NCBI GenBank assembly: GCA_945897435.1
Contig: CAMDFJ010000002.1
Coordinates: 6,031 to 70,030 of the forward strand
Direction of reading: 5' to 3'
Length of the DNA stretch: 64,000 nucleotides
Source: Candidatus Kuenenia stuttgartensis
GTDB taxonomy: Bacteria; Planctomycetota; Planctomycetia; Pirellulales; UBA1268
Positions 18,050 to 28,856 of this stretch are shown piece by piece. Made by a program: the position numbers and the translations under genes. Numbering within the stretch: position 1 is the first letter of the stretch; each line of letters begins with the position of its first letter. The notes beneath the pieces were generated by a model. The model did not search any database. It was not told the origin of the DNA and saw nothing but the letters and a program-made list of their open reading frames with translations.

Positions 18050-18472
18050 ATGATCACCAGCGACGGCAAAGACAGCCTGCCAGATTCTCCAAAGGCGGCC
18101 CCGAGCGCCGCCCTGATCCCGGCCAACCTCGAGCGGCCCATCGCCGCGGCCGTGGCCGCCTGCCTGCTGGCGGCAGTCGGATGGCTCGCCCTGTCTGGGG
18201 GATTCTCGGGCGGCCTCGTCGACCACGACGCCCCCCCGGCGGCCAGACCGAGATTCACGCTCGACATCAACGAGGCCGACGCGATCGAGCTTGCCCAGCT
18301 CCCGGGCCTGGGGCCGGCGACGGCGCAGCGGATCGTCGACCACCGCACGAATGAGGGCCATTTTCGCTCCCTGGAGTCGCTCCTCGACGTGCCCGGTGTC
18401 GGAGAGGCAACGCTCGAGCGGATCCGACCTCACCTGCGGCCGATCGTTTCGCCGCCAGCCTCCCGCCACTGA
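18050..18472 (+). CDS. comEA: ComEA-family helix-hairpin-helix DNA-binding protein
   Basis: One TM segment (IAAAVAACLLAAVGWLAL), then INEADAIELAQLPGLGPATAQRIVDHRTNEGHFRSLESLLDVPGVGEATLERI (tandem HhH). The start is uncertain (ATG at 18050 or 18020; the track start 17954 overlaps nadC). Confidence 0.75.
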   Translation: MITSDGKDSLPDSPKAAPSAALIPANLERPIAAAVAACLLAAVGWLALSGGFSGGLVDHDAPPAARPRFTLDINEADAIELAQLPGLGPATAQRIVDHRTNEGHFRSLESLLDVPGVGEATLERIRPHLRPIVSPPASRH

Positions 18473-18498
18473 GGGCTCCCGTCGCCCCTTCCGCTGCC

Positions 18499-20562
<2,064 letters not shown>

Positions 20563-20629
20563 ACCCCGGAGATCTCGAGCCGTTCGTGCCGCCGTCACGG
20601 CCGGCCGGCCGCGGTCGCTCATTCAGCCG

Positions 20630-21583
20630 TCACTGCTGCTGGATTTCCATGTCGTCGGCATAGACCGGGGCCGTTCGCAGCACCGAATGGGCCGGCACGT
20701 CGAGCGGCGCCAACTGATCATGCCAGGAGAGCGACGGCAGCCGGTCGAGCGTGCGGGTGGCGACACGAACCTCGATCTTCTCGTCGCCGGCGCCCCGGTA
20801 GGTTCCCTTGTTTGGCGGCACGTCACTGAAGTCCCGGCCAACGGCTGTTTTCACGAAGTCCCGGTTCACGGGGCACCCATTCGTCGGGTCGAATCCGGTC
20901 CAGCCCACGTCCGGCAGCCAGACCTCGCACCAGGCGTGACTCTGCGACTCCTTGTTGGGGCGATGGATGTAGCCGCTCACGTAACGGGCCGGCACGCCGA
21001 AGGATCGGAGGACGGCGATCATCAGATGGGTGAAGTCCTGGCAGACGCCCTTGCCGTGCTGGAGCAGATGGTCGATCGGCGATGTGGCATCGGTCACGTC
21101 GCGGGCATACTCGAATCGGCTGCGGATGTGCTCGGCGACCTGACAGACCCAGATGCCGACCCGCACCCGTGGCGGCGGCCTGAGTTGGAGGAGCAGGGGT
21201 TCGAGCAGGGCCGAGCCGCGCACCGGACCGCGGAGCGGGAGATAGTCGACCGCCTCCAGCGGTAGGTTCCACGCATCTGCCGGCTCCTGCTCGGGGAAGA
21301 TCACCTGACTGGCGAGCGGCCCGACGCCCCCCTCGTCGGTCTCCACCACGCTGGCGGCGAGGATCCGGAGCATCTTCGGCGGGCGAAGCAGGTTGAAGTG
21401 GTGGACACGGTTTCCGAAGCCGTCGACGTAGCTGGCGATGCTGGCCGGACGTCCGAGGCTGATCTGGAACGAGTGGCAGCGCTGGCTGGCGTCGCTGATG
21501 GGCTCCATCCGCAGCTCGCAGAGCCACTCGCTGACCGGCTGCGAATATTCGATCGCCGTTTCGTGCTGTATTTCCAGAATCAT
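20630..21583 (-). CDS. transglutaminase-family protein (Bact_transglu_N + transglutaminase core)
   Basis: Track ORF trimmed to ATG at 21583 (MILEIQHETAIEYSQPVSEW). Cys-His-Asp catalytic context GVCQDFTHLMIAVLRSFGVPARYVSGY...SHAWCEVW...GFDPTNG. Confidence 0.85.
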   Translation of the reverse strand: MILEIQHETAIEYSQPVSEWLCELRMEPISDASQRCHSFQISLGRPASIASYVDGFGNRVHHFNLLRPPKMLRILAASVVETDEGGVGPLASQVIFPEQEPADAWNLPLEAVDYLPLRGPVRGSALLEPLLLQLRPPPRVRVGIWVCQVAEHIRSRFEYARDVTDATSPIDHLLQHGKGVCQDFTHLMIAVLRSFGVPARYVSGYIHRPNKESQSHAWCEVWLPDVGWTGFDPTNGCPVNRDFVKTAVGRDFSDVPPNKGTYRGAGDEKIEVRVATRTLDRLPSLSWHDQLAPLDVPAHSVLRTAPVYADDMEIQQQ

Positions 21584-21611
21584 TGCGGCTCCCGGGCGGT
21601 GTCTGAGTCGA

Positions 21612-22574
21612 TCATTGAAGGGAGTATTGCTGCTGGAGCAGGCTGCCTGTCCGCCAGCAGCGGAGGAGGGCGTCTCCGAGGAAGGCATGCAGTCGCTCGC
21701 CGTCAAGCGTGCCGCAGTCGAGGTAGACGAGATCCGACAGGAGCCGGCCGACCGTCTTCACCAGCTCGTCGTCGCGGCGGTCGGGCAGCCGGCCGCTGAT
21801 CTCGGTGAGTGACGCCATGATCCTGGCCAGGCAGAAGCGGACCGAATGGGGAAACTCGGGGTTGACGAGCAGGAATTCCACCACCCGCTCAGGTTCGACG
21901 CGGCTGATGTAGAGCCGCTGATAGGCCTCGTAGGCGGCACAATTCTTGAGCACCGCGCCCCATTGCAGATTGCTGATCGGCAGGTCGGCCGCCTCGCCCC
22001 GCTCCAGCAGGCCGAATTTCGAGTCGAGGATTCGGAGCACCTGCTCGGCCCGCTCCAGATAGCGACCGAGCTGGATGAAGTGCCAGCCCTCGTCGTGCGT
22101 CAGCGTCGCCTCGCAGACGCCGTGGAACAGCAGCACGCCGATCCTCGTCTCGTCGCAGAAGTCGTGGGGCGATTCGGCCACACGGGCCCTGAGGGCGGTG
22201 TCGGAGAGACGCCAATGGAGCTTGTTGAGCTCCCGCCACATGGCCGGACTGATCGAGCCGCGAATGCTGCGGGCGTTGTTGCGGGAGCGGTTGACGGAGG
22301 CGATCACGCTGCCGGCGTTTGTTGAATCGACCAGCAGCCAGCGTTGCACTGCAGCCACCGGATGCTCCGAATCCCTCAGCTGTGGCGGCGGCTGTCGCAG
22401 CCGGCTGAGCAGGGCATTCCACTCCAGCTCCACCGGGTTGGCAAGCACGCCGTGAAGGTCGAGATCGAGCTGGAACGTCACATCGACGGCCCGCGCGAGA
22501 TACTCGGCCCGCTCGAGATAGCGGCTCATCCAGAACATCGCGTCGGCGACCCTGCTCAACATGCGCTGCCTCAC
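21612..22574 (-). CDS. alpha-E domain-containing protein
   Basis: The N-terminus [28 protein letters not shown] and a second YLERAEQ repeat are the hallmark ER motifs of the alpha-E family. Overlaps the upstream ATP-grasp gene by 4 nt. Confidence 0.85.
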   Translation of the reverse strand: MRQRMLSRVADAMFWMSRYLERAEYLARAVDVTFQLDLDLHGVLANPVELEWNALLSRLRQPPPQLRDSEHPVAAVQRWLLVDSTNAGSVIASVNRSRNNARSIRGSISPAMWRELNKLHWRLSDTALRARVAESPHDFCDETRIGVLLFHGVCEATLTHDEGWHFIQLGRYLERAEQVLRILDSKFGLLERGEAADLPISNLQWGAVLKNCAAYEAYQRLYISRVEPERVVEFLLVNPEFPHSVRFCLARIMASLTEISGRLPDRRDDELVKTVGRLLSDLVYLDCGTLDGERLHAFLGDALLRCWRTGSLLQQQYSLQ

Positions 22575-24085
22575 ATCCTCTGGCTGTCGGCGAGGATCCA
22601 GGTGTCCTTGCTGCCGCCCCCCTGGGAACTGTTGACCACCAGACTGCCTTTCGGCAGCGCCACGCGGGTCAGCCCGCCGGGCGTGACGGTGATCCGCTCT
22701 CCGCAGAGCACGAAGGGACGGAGATCGACATGCCGGCCCTCGAGCCTGCCGTCGACGAAGGTGGGGTGGGTGGAGAGCTGGATCGTCGGCTGGGCGATGA
22801 AGTCACGTGGGCTGGCCTCGATCTGGGCCCGAAACTCCTCCCGCTGCTCGCGTGTCGACGCCGGGCCGATGAGCATCCCGTAGCCGCCCGATTCGTTGAC
22901 CCGCTTGACGACGAGTGATTCGAGATTGGCGAGCACGTGGCTGCGGTGGGATGGAACCTCCGGCCGGAACGTCTCGACGTTGTTGAGCAGCGGCTCCTGC
23001 TTGAGGTAGTAGCGGATCATGTCGGGCACGAACGGATAGACTCCCTTGTCGTCGGCGATTCCGGTGCCGATGCTGTTGGCCAGGGCCACCGTTCCTGCCC
23101 GGTAGGCGTTCACCAGCCCCGGCACGCCGAGGGCGCTGTCGGGCCGGAAGGTGAGCGGGTCGAGGAAGTCGTCGTCGATCCGACGGTAGATGACATCGAC
23201 CTTCTGCAGCCCGCGGGTGGTTCGCATGAAGACACGGTTGCCGTCGACCAGCAGGTCGCGACCCTCGACGAGTTCGATGCCCATCCTCTGGGCGAGGAAG
23301 CTGTGCTCGAAGTAGGCGGAGTTGTACATCCCCGGGCTGAGCAGCACGGCGGTCGGCTGCGATGCCGACTCGGGGGCGATGTACTGCAGCACGTCGAGCA
23401 ATGCGGCCGGGTAGTCGTCATTTGGAAGGACGTCGTAGTCGTTGAACAGCGAGGGAAAGACCCGCTTGATGACCTGACGATTCTGCAGCATGTAGCTCAC
23501 CCCGGAGGGGGTGCGGGCGTTGTCCTCGAGCACCAGATATTCGCCGTCGGCGGCCCGAATCAGGTCGGTGCCGCAGACGTGCACGTAGATCCGCCGGGGC
23601 ACGTTCACGCCGACGAACTCGCGTCGAAAAAAGCCGCCCTGGAGCACGAGCCTGGCAGGCACGACGCCGTCACGGAGGATGTGCTGCTCGTGGTAGACAT
23701 CCCAGAGGAACAGATTGATCGCACTGATCCGCTGGGTGAGCCCGACCTCGATCTGCCGCCACTCTGCCGCCGGAATGATCCGCGGCACGGGATCCATCGG
23801 CCAGACCCGCTCGATTCCCTCCTCGGCCCGGTAGACCGTGAAGCCGACGCCGTCCTGCCGCATCGAGAGGTCCGTCATCGCCTTGCCACGGCGAAAGTCC
23901 TCCGGGGTTGCCTGCCGGACACGGTCGTAGAGCGGCTGGTAGTGAGGCCGCGGACAACCATCCCGACCGACCATCTCGTCGTAGGCTGCACCCAGTTCGT
24001 ACTCCGCGAGCAGATGCTCAGCCGGGCCCGACGCCGCTCGATCGTGGTTCATGAGGACCGCCGTCCGTGTTCCAATTCGAACCAC
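22571..24085 (-). CDS. circularly permuted type-2 ATP-grasp protein
   Basis: [31 protein letters not shown] and [20 protein letters not shown] are characteristic of the CP_ATPgrasp_2 family. First gene of a three-gene minus-strand operon. The start is uncertain (24085 or ATG at 24052). Confidence 0.9.
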   Translation of the reverse strand: MVRIGTRTAVLMNHDRAASGPAEHLLAEYELGAAYDEMVGRDGCPRPHYQPLYDRVRQATPEDFRRGKAMTDLSMRQDGVGFTVYRAEEGIERVWPMDPVPRIIPAAEWRQIEVGLTQRISAINLFLWDVYHEQHILRDGVVPARLVLQGGFFRREFVGVNVPRRIYVHVCGTDLIRAADGEYLVLEDNARTPSGVSYMLQNRQVIKRVFPSLFNDYDVLPNDDYPAALLDVLQYIAPESASQPTAVLLSPGMYNSAYFEHSFLAQRMGIELVEGRDLLVDGNRVFMRTTRGLQKVDVIYRRIDDDFLDPLTFRPDSALGVPGLVNAYRAGTVALANSIGTGIADDKGVYPFVPDMIRYYLKQEPLLNNVETFRPEVPSHRSHVLANLESLVVKRVNESGGYGMLIGPASTREQREEFRAQIEASPRDFIAQPTIQLSTHPTFVDGRLEGRHVDLRPFVLCGERITVTPGGLTRVALPKGSLVVNSSQGGGSKDTWILADSQRM

Positions 24086-24291
24086 TCACGTCCCGCATCA
24101 CTCGGACAACATTGCCGACAAACTGCGCAGTGGATGCCCCGCCTCAGGGCACGCCCCTCAGACCGTTGAACGCTCTCAGGCCTTTTTTCCTCGGCGGCCG
24201 GGCTGAACCCTATACTCTGCTCGAATCGTCGGGAACGCGCTGCACCATACCAGCAACTCCCGCGCCACAGTCTCAAAGCCTCGAGGAATGC

Positions 24292-25080
24292 ATGACGTAT
24301 TGCGTTGGAATCCGGACCCACGAAGGACTCGTGATGGCGTCCGATTCACGGACCAACTCTGGCATCGATCAGGTCGAGATCTGCAGGAAAATGCATAATT
24401 TCGTGATTCCGGGCGACCGGATGGTCACGATCCTCTCGAGCGGCAGCCTTTCCCTCACCCAATCCGTGATGACGCGGCTGGAACAGGAGTTTCACGCCGA
24501 CGAAGGGATCGTCAAGGCTGCGACATTCTACGACGCCGTGCGTTGTGTCGGCCGGCACGTCCGAGAGGTGTCGGCACTCGACCGCGAATACATGGAGCGT
24601 GACAAAGTCGCCTTTTCGGTCAATCTGCTCGTGGGCGGACAGGTTCGCGGCGAGGCCCCGCAACTCTATCTGATCTACGCCCAGGGCAATCCGCTCCGCT
24701 GCACGCGACTCTCGCCCTTCCTGCAGATCGGCGAGGCCAAGTATGGCAGGCCGATCCTCGATCGAGGTATCCGCTTTGGCGTGACCACGCTCGATCAGGC
24801 GGTGAAATATGCGATCATCTCGATCGATTCCACGATGCGGTCGAACGTCGCCGTCGGACCTCCGATCGACCTCCTCGTCTACGCCAACGACGACCTCGCC
24901 GTCACCCGCTACCGCCGGCTCGATGCCACGGATTCAGACCTGGTCGAGGTCCGATCGAGCTGGGAACGGGAACTGCGGGCCGCAATCGGAAAACTGCCGC
25001 AGATCGACGTTCCCTCGCTCCCAGCGGACAGACAGGCGACGGTCGCCCACACCCGCGGGCAGAACGACCTCGCCGGCTGA
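24292..25080 (+). CDS. proteasome-type Ntn-hydrolase, Anbu-like (peptidase T1 family)
   Basis: Track ORF 24067..25080 trimmed to ATG at 24292. MTYCVGIRTHEGLVMASDSRTN places Thr directly after Met, the Ntn nucleophile position. About 260 aa. Divergent from the ATP-grasp/alpha-E/transglutaminase operon. Confidence 0.8.
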   Translation: MTYCVGIRTHEGLVMASDSRTNSGIDQVEICRKMHNFVIPGDRMVTILSSGSLSLTQSVMTRLEQEFHADEGIVKAATFYDAVRCVGRHVREVSALDREYMERDKVAFSVNLLVGGQVRGEAPQLYLIYAQGNPLRCTRLSPFLQIGEAKYGRPILDRGIRFGVTTLDQAVKYAIISIDSTMRSNVAVGPPIDLLVYANDDLAVTRYRRLDATDSDLVEVRSSWERELRAAIGKLPQIDVPSLPADRQATVAHTRGQNDLAG

Positions 25081-25089
25081 CGAGGTTTG

Positions 25090-25338
25090 TCAGGCAGCCT
25101 TCCGCAGCGTGTCGAGGGAGCGGCCGAGTCTGCGACGGCCGCCGTTCGCCGCGGTCGATTCGATCACCGCCGTCTCCTTGGGCTCCACGTGAACCGTCAG
25201 TCGCTCGCGGAGCGACTGGGCCAGGGCCGGTCCGAGGTCCTCCTCACGGGTCCGCGTTCCGACGTCCTCGACCGCGTCCGCCAGACCGAGCACCACCGCC
25301 TGCCGAACCCCTTCCCTCAGCCAATGAAAGAAACTCAT
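25090..25338 (-). CDS. hypothetical small protein
   Basis: In-frame ATG at 25338 inside track ORF 25090..25932. MSFFHWLREGVRQAVVLGLADAVEDVG... is 82 aa with GC-rich third positions. Downstream of and co-oriented with the FHA-PP2C gene. No recognised domain. Confidence 0.45.
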   Translation of the reverse strand: MSFFHWLREGVRQAVVLGLADAVEDVGTRTREEDLGPALAQSLRERLTVHVEPKETAVIESTAANGGRRRLGRSLDTLRKAA

Positions 25339-25481
25339 CGCACGTTCTCCCAAGATGGTCCAAGATCTTCCGTCTGCCCGGCAGCCGCATCGACCCGGCC
25401 GCTCAGGAAGAGGTATCGGTCCTCCCGGCTGCCGGCGTGCAGCGTTGCACGACAGAGGACAGGGCCCGGCCTCTGGGCTGA

Positions 25482-27182
25482 CTATGCCGACGGCGATCCT
25501 TTGGCCGACCGGCCGACACAGACAAGGCACATGTCGTCGCTGCGCATCTGCCCCGCCGCATGCTTTTCCACATCCCCCAGAATCCGCCGTCCGGTCTCCT
25601 CGGCATTCTTTGCCGGTCCCGCCAGAACGCGGGCGAGCCGCCCGAGCCCATAGGTTTTCTGCTCGTGATCCATCGCCTCGCTGATGCCGTCGGTGAAGAG
25701 GGCGATGCTCTCTCCGGGGGCGATATCGACGTCGATCGCGGCATAGGCCTGATCTGGCTCGACGCCCAGCGGCAGGCCCGCCTCCTCCATGCCGAGTGGT
25801 CGCACGCCGCCGGCGGCATCGCGAAGCATCACGGGGAGGTGACCGGCGTTCACGATCGTGAACCGGTGCATCCGCGGATCGAGCACGGCCACGACGAGAG
25901 TCGCAAAACGGTCGTCCCAGCCGCCACGGCAAAAACTGTTGTTGATCCGCGCAACGGCCTCGGCAACGTTCGGCTCCATCGCAAGGCAGTAGCGGACGTC
26001 GGCGGAAAGCGTCGCCATGACAAGCGCAGCCGAGACGCCCTTGCCCGAAACATCTGCCAGCACGATCGCCATCCGCCCGTCGGGCAGGGGGACATAGCCG
26101 AAGAAATCGCCGCCGATCTGCTGGGCCGGCTCGTAAAAATCGAACACCTCGTAGCCCTCGATCCGCGGCGGCCGCGACGGGAGCAGTCCCTGCTGAACGC
26201 GATGGGCGAGTTCGAGATCCCGCTTCAACTGCTCCTGACCGAGCCGTTCGTCATAGACGAGAGCCTGACCGATCGACTGGGCTGCCTGACCGGCGATTCC
26301 GGCGAGCACGGCCAGATCCTCCTTGCGGAAGTCCCGACGGACATCGCTGGAATCGAGCTGCAGCACTCCGATCACCTCCCCTCCAGCCCCCACCACGGGA
26401 ACGCACATCACCGAACGGATGCGGCAGTCGACCACGCTCTGGTTGGCGCTGAAACGGCTGTCGGCTGACACATCAGCCGAGAGGATGGCACGGCGGCTGC
26501 GAACCACCCCGTCCATCAGCGAGAGACTCAGCCTCAGCGGCCCCGGCTCAGGCTGCCCCTTGAGCTTTCTGGCCCGGAGCACGAGCCGCTTCGAGGTCGG
26601 GTCGACCAGCAGCACGAACCCCCTGTCGGCCTGGGGAAAAATGTCGAACATTCCATCGAGCAGTCGTGGCAGCACCTCGTCGAGCGACAGCGATCCGCCG
26701 ATGGCCCGATTGAGCCCGAGGATCGCCCGCAGCCGTGCCGAGACATCGGGGCCACTCGCTTCGTCGAGCGTGTGATGCGGAAGCTCGACCTGGGAAATGA
26801 TTTTTGAGCCGGAGGCGTCCGACTCCTCATAGTCCGGAAGAAAGCCGGTATCCGCACCGATCTCGACCCGATCCGCCGAGAGCGGCGTGTTGCTCCAGAA
26901 GACCAGCTTTTGGTCGCAGATCAGCACCTCGTCGCCTTCGAACAGCACCCGCTTGCCGATCAGCTGCTTGCCGTTGACGAACGTGCCGTTTCGGCTGCGG
27001 AGATCCTCGATCACCGTCTCGCTTCCCTGCCGGGTCACGACCGCATGCTGACGGCTGACGGCGGACACGTCGAGGACGATCTCGCAGGCCGGATGCCGGC
27101 CGATCACCGTCCGATCCTTGACGATCCTGTGCCGCTCCCCCTTGTGCGGTCCGGTCTGTAATTCGAGCGATCGATGAGGCAC
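25482..27182 (-). CDS. FHA - GAF - PP2C/SpoIIE-type serine phosphatase
   Basis: N-terminal FHA (VIGRHPACEIVLDVSAVSRQHAVV...LRSRNGTFVNG), a central GAF-like region, and a C-terminal PPM/SpoIIE region (GGDFFGYVPLPDGRMAIVLADVSGKGVSAAL...TDGISEA...DDMCLV). Confidence 0.85.
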   Translation of the reverse strand: MPHRSLELQTGPHKGERHRIVKDRTVIGRHPACEIVLDVSAVSRQHAVVTRQGSETVIEDLRSRNGTFVNGKQLIGKRVLFEGDEVLICDQKLVFWSNTPLSADRVEIGADTGFLPDYEESDASGSKIISQVELPHHTLDEASGPDVSARLRAILGLNRAIGGSLSLDEVLPRLLDGMFDIFPQADRGFVLLVDPTSKRLVLRARKLKGQPEPGPLRLSLSLMDGVVRSRRAILSADVSADSRFSANQSVVDCRIRSVMCVPVVGAGGEVIGVLQLDSSDVRRDFRKEDLAVLAGIAGQAAQSIGQALVYDERLGQEQLKRDLELAHRVQQGLLPSRPPRIEGYEVFDFYEPAQQIGGDFFGYVPLPDGRMAIVLADVSGKGVSAALVMATLSADVRYCLAMEPNVAEAVARINNSFCRGGWDDRFATLVVAVLDPRMHRFTIVNAGHLPVMLRDAAGGVRPLGMEEAGLPLGVEPDQAYAAIDVDIAPGESIALFTDGISEAMDHEQKTYGLGRLARVLAGPAKNAEETGRRILGDVEKHAAGQMRSDDMCLVCVGRSAKGSPSA

Positions 27183-27421
27183 GAAATCCTCGGAAGAGCA
27201 GGCCAGGCTCGGGGGCCACCGAGACTGGAGAACGAAACACCGGAATTGCCTTGCAGCCGTTCTGCAGGTACGCTCCGAAACCGACCTTCTGCAGCATACC
27301 CGCTCCAGAAGATTGCTTGCGACGCGGGCAGCAGGCGGCTCTGTCGCAGGAACGCGGCAGACGTCCGGCCGGCATCGCTTCGCAGGCCCTCGGCTTCGAA
27401 GGTTCGCGACGGAAGTCCCTT

Positions 27422-27492
27422 TGGGGAATGGTGTAACGGTAGCACGACTGGCTCTGAACCAGTTAGTCTAGGTTCGAATCCTAGTTCCCCAG
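27422..27492 (+). tRNA. tRNA-Gln (anticodon CUG)
   Basis: TGGGGAA-TG-GTGT-AACGGTA-GCAC-G-ACTGG-CTCTGAA-CCAGT-TAGT-CTAGG-TTCGAAT-CCTAG-TTCCCCA-G. The U1:A72 pair and G73 are typical of bacterial tRNA-Gln. Confidence 0.95.
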
Positions 27493-27516
27493 TTTTTTCC
27501 TAGTTCCCCAGTTTTT
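27480..27516 (+). repeat. tandem duplication of the tRNA-Gln 3' end
   Basis: CCTAGTTCCCCAGTTTTT occurs at 27480-27497 (the last 13 nt of the tRNA plus a T-run) and again at 27499-27516. Confidence 0.7.
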
Positions 27517-27517
27517 A

Positions 27518-27605
27518 ACCTCACGCGCCGGTGGGCTTGCCGGGACATTGCCGGCGAGATGGTCTGTCCGGCTTTGACCTCACCCGCCGGTGGGCTTGCC
27601 GGGAC
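27518..27605 (+). repeat. pair of ~29-bp direct repeats upstream of the receiver-cyclase gene
   Basis: AACCTCACGCGCCGGTGGGCTTGCCGGGAC at 27518-27546 and ACCTCACCCGCCGGTGGGCTTGCCGGGAC at 27577-27605, 59 bp apart. The second copy ends 13 nt before the ATG at 27619. Confidence 0.7.
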
Positions 27606-27618
27606 CCATCTCCTCCCC

Positions 27619-28716
27619 ATGCATGAGGCTGTATCGATCGATCCTCCGCCTCACAGGGTGCTTCTCGTCGACGATCAGCCGATGATCGGCGAGGCTGTCC
27701 GGCGGATGCTGGCCGACGAACGGGATATCAGCTTCGAGTTCTGCGGCGAGGCCGAACAATCGATCGCCGTGGCCTCCGTGTTCGGCCCCAGCGTGATCCT
27801 GCAGGACCTGGTGATGCCGGGCATCAATGGCCTCGACATGGTCCGCCGCTTCCGGGCGATGCCGGCCACCTCCCAGGTTCCAATCATCGTGCTTTCAGGC
27901 CGTGAGGAGGCTGTCGTCAAGGCCCAACTGCTCGACGCCGGCGCCAACGACTACCTGGTGAAACTCCCCGATCAGATCGAATTGATCGCCCGGATTCGGG
28001 TCCACTCCGACGCCTATCGGCGGATGCTGGAACGCGACGCTGCCTTCGCCGCCCTGGAAAAGTCGCTGGCAGACCTCGAACGCGAGAGGCAGAAGTCGGA
28101 ACGACTGCTGCTCAACATCCTCCCGAAGACGATCGCCGACCGCCTCAAGGACGGCGACGGCTCGATCGCCGAAAGCTTCGAACGCGTCACCGTCCTGTTC
28201 GCCGATCTCTGCGGTTTCACCGAGTTTTCCCAGCATGTCGAGGCCCGTCAGGTCGTCGAGATGCTCGACGAAGTCTTTTCCTCGTTCGACCACCTCGCCC
28301 AGGCTCACGGTGTCGAGAAGATCAAGACGATCGGCGACGCCTACATGGCCGTGGCCGGCCTGCCCGTGCCCCGCGACGATCACGCCCAGGCCGTCGCCGC
28401 CATGGCCCTGGGGATGCTCGAGTCGTTTCGCGGCGTGATGCAGAGCCGCGGCCTCTCGATGGAGGTGCGGATCGGGATCCATTCGGGGCCCGTGGCGGCC
28501 GGCGTGATCGGCCGCCACAAGTTTTCCTACGACCTCTGGGGAGACACGGTGAACCTCGCCAGCCGGATGGAGTCGCATGGCGAACCGTCGCGGATCCACG
28601 TCTCTCAGGTGACCCGTGGCCTTCTCGAGCCGTCGTTCGTCTTCGCCGATCGCGGTGAGATCACGATCAAGGGGAAGGGGACGATGCAAACGTCGTTTCT
28701 GCTCGGCCGCGGCTGA
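27619..28716 (+). CDS. response-regulator receiver fused to class III adenylate cyclase
   Basis: Track ORF trimmed to ATG at 27619. Receiver: RVLLVDDQPMIGEAV...ILQDLVMPGINGLDM...LSGREE...GANDYLVK. Cyclase: VTVLFADLCGFTEF, KIKTIGDAYMAVAGLP, YDLWGDTVNLASRMES. The Lys and Asp at the purine-specifying positions suggest ATP. Confidence 0.85.
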   Translation: MHEAVSIDPPPHRVLLVDDQPMIGEAVRRMLADERDISFEFCGEAEQSIAVASVFGPSVILQDLVMPGINGLDMVRRFRAMPATSQVPIIVLSGREEAVVKAQLLDAGANDYLVKLPDQIELIARIRVHSDAYRRMLERDAAFAALEKSLADLERERQKSERLLLNILPKTIADRLKDGDGSIAESFERVTVLFADLCGFTEFSQHVEARQVVEMLDEVFSSFDHLAQAHGVEKIKTIGDAYMAVAGLPVPRDDHAQAVAAMALGMLESFRGVMQSRGLSMEVRIGIHSGPVAAGVIGRHKFSYDLWGDTVNLASRMESHGEPSRIHVSQVTRGLLEPSFVFADRGEITIKGKGTMQTSFLLGRG

Positions 28717-28775
28717 CGCCATTCAACAGCCGCCGCAGCTTGTTCCTTCCTGACTCAGACCCTCAAACCAGAGAT

Positions 28776-28856
28776 CAGGCCCGGACGACAGGGCAGGAAC
28801 CAGCGACCGGAGATCGCCGAGGAACATTCGGCAGGATGCCGAGATTTTCGATGAAC
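28776..28856. repeat. third copy of the composite hairpin element (H3-H2-H1), abutting the corA stop codon
   Basis: Gapless 81-nt hand alignment with 4725-4805. About 51 of the 57 stop-proximal nt are identical, and about 66 of 81 overall. Plus strand: CAGGCCCGGACGACAGGGCAGG AA CCAGCGACCGGAGATCGCCGAG GAACATTCGGCAGGATGCCGAGATTTTCG ATGAAC, followed directly by the corA stop at 28857. Confidence 0.75.

Noticed and set aside
27422-27620. Integrated genomic island or prophage at tRNA-Gln.
   Set aside because: The duplicated tRNA 3' ends are adjacent and enclose nothing. No integrase, excisionase or phage genes are nearby, and the downstream genes (cyclase, corA, atp operon) are ordinary chromosomal genes. 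Only the duplication itself is kept as a low-level finding.
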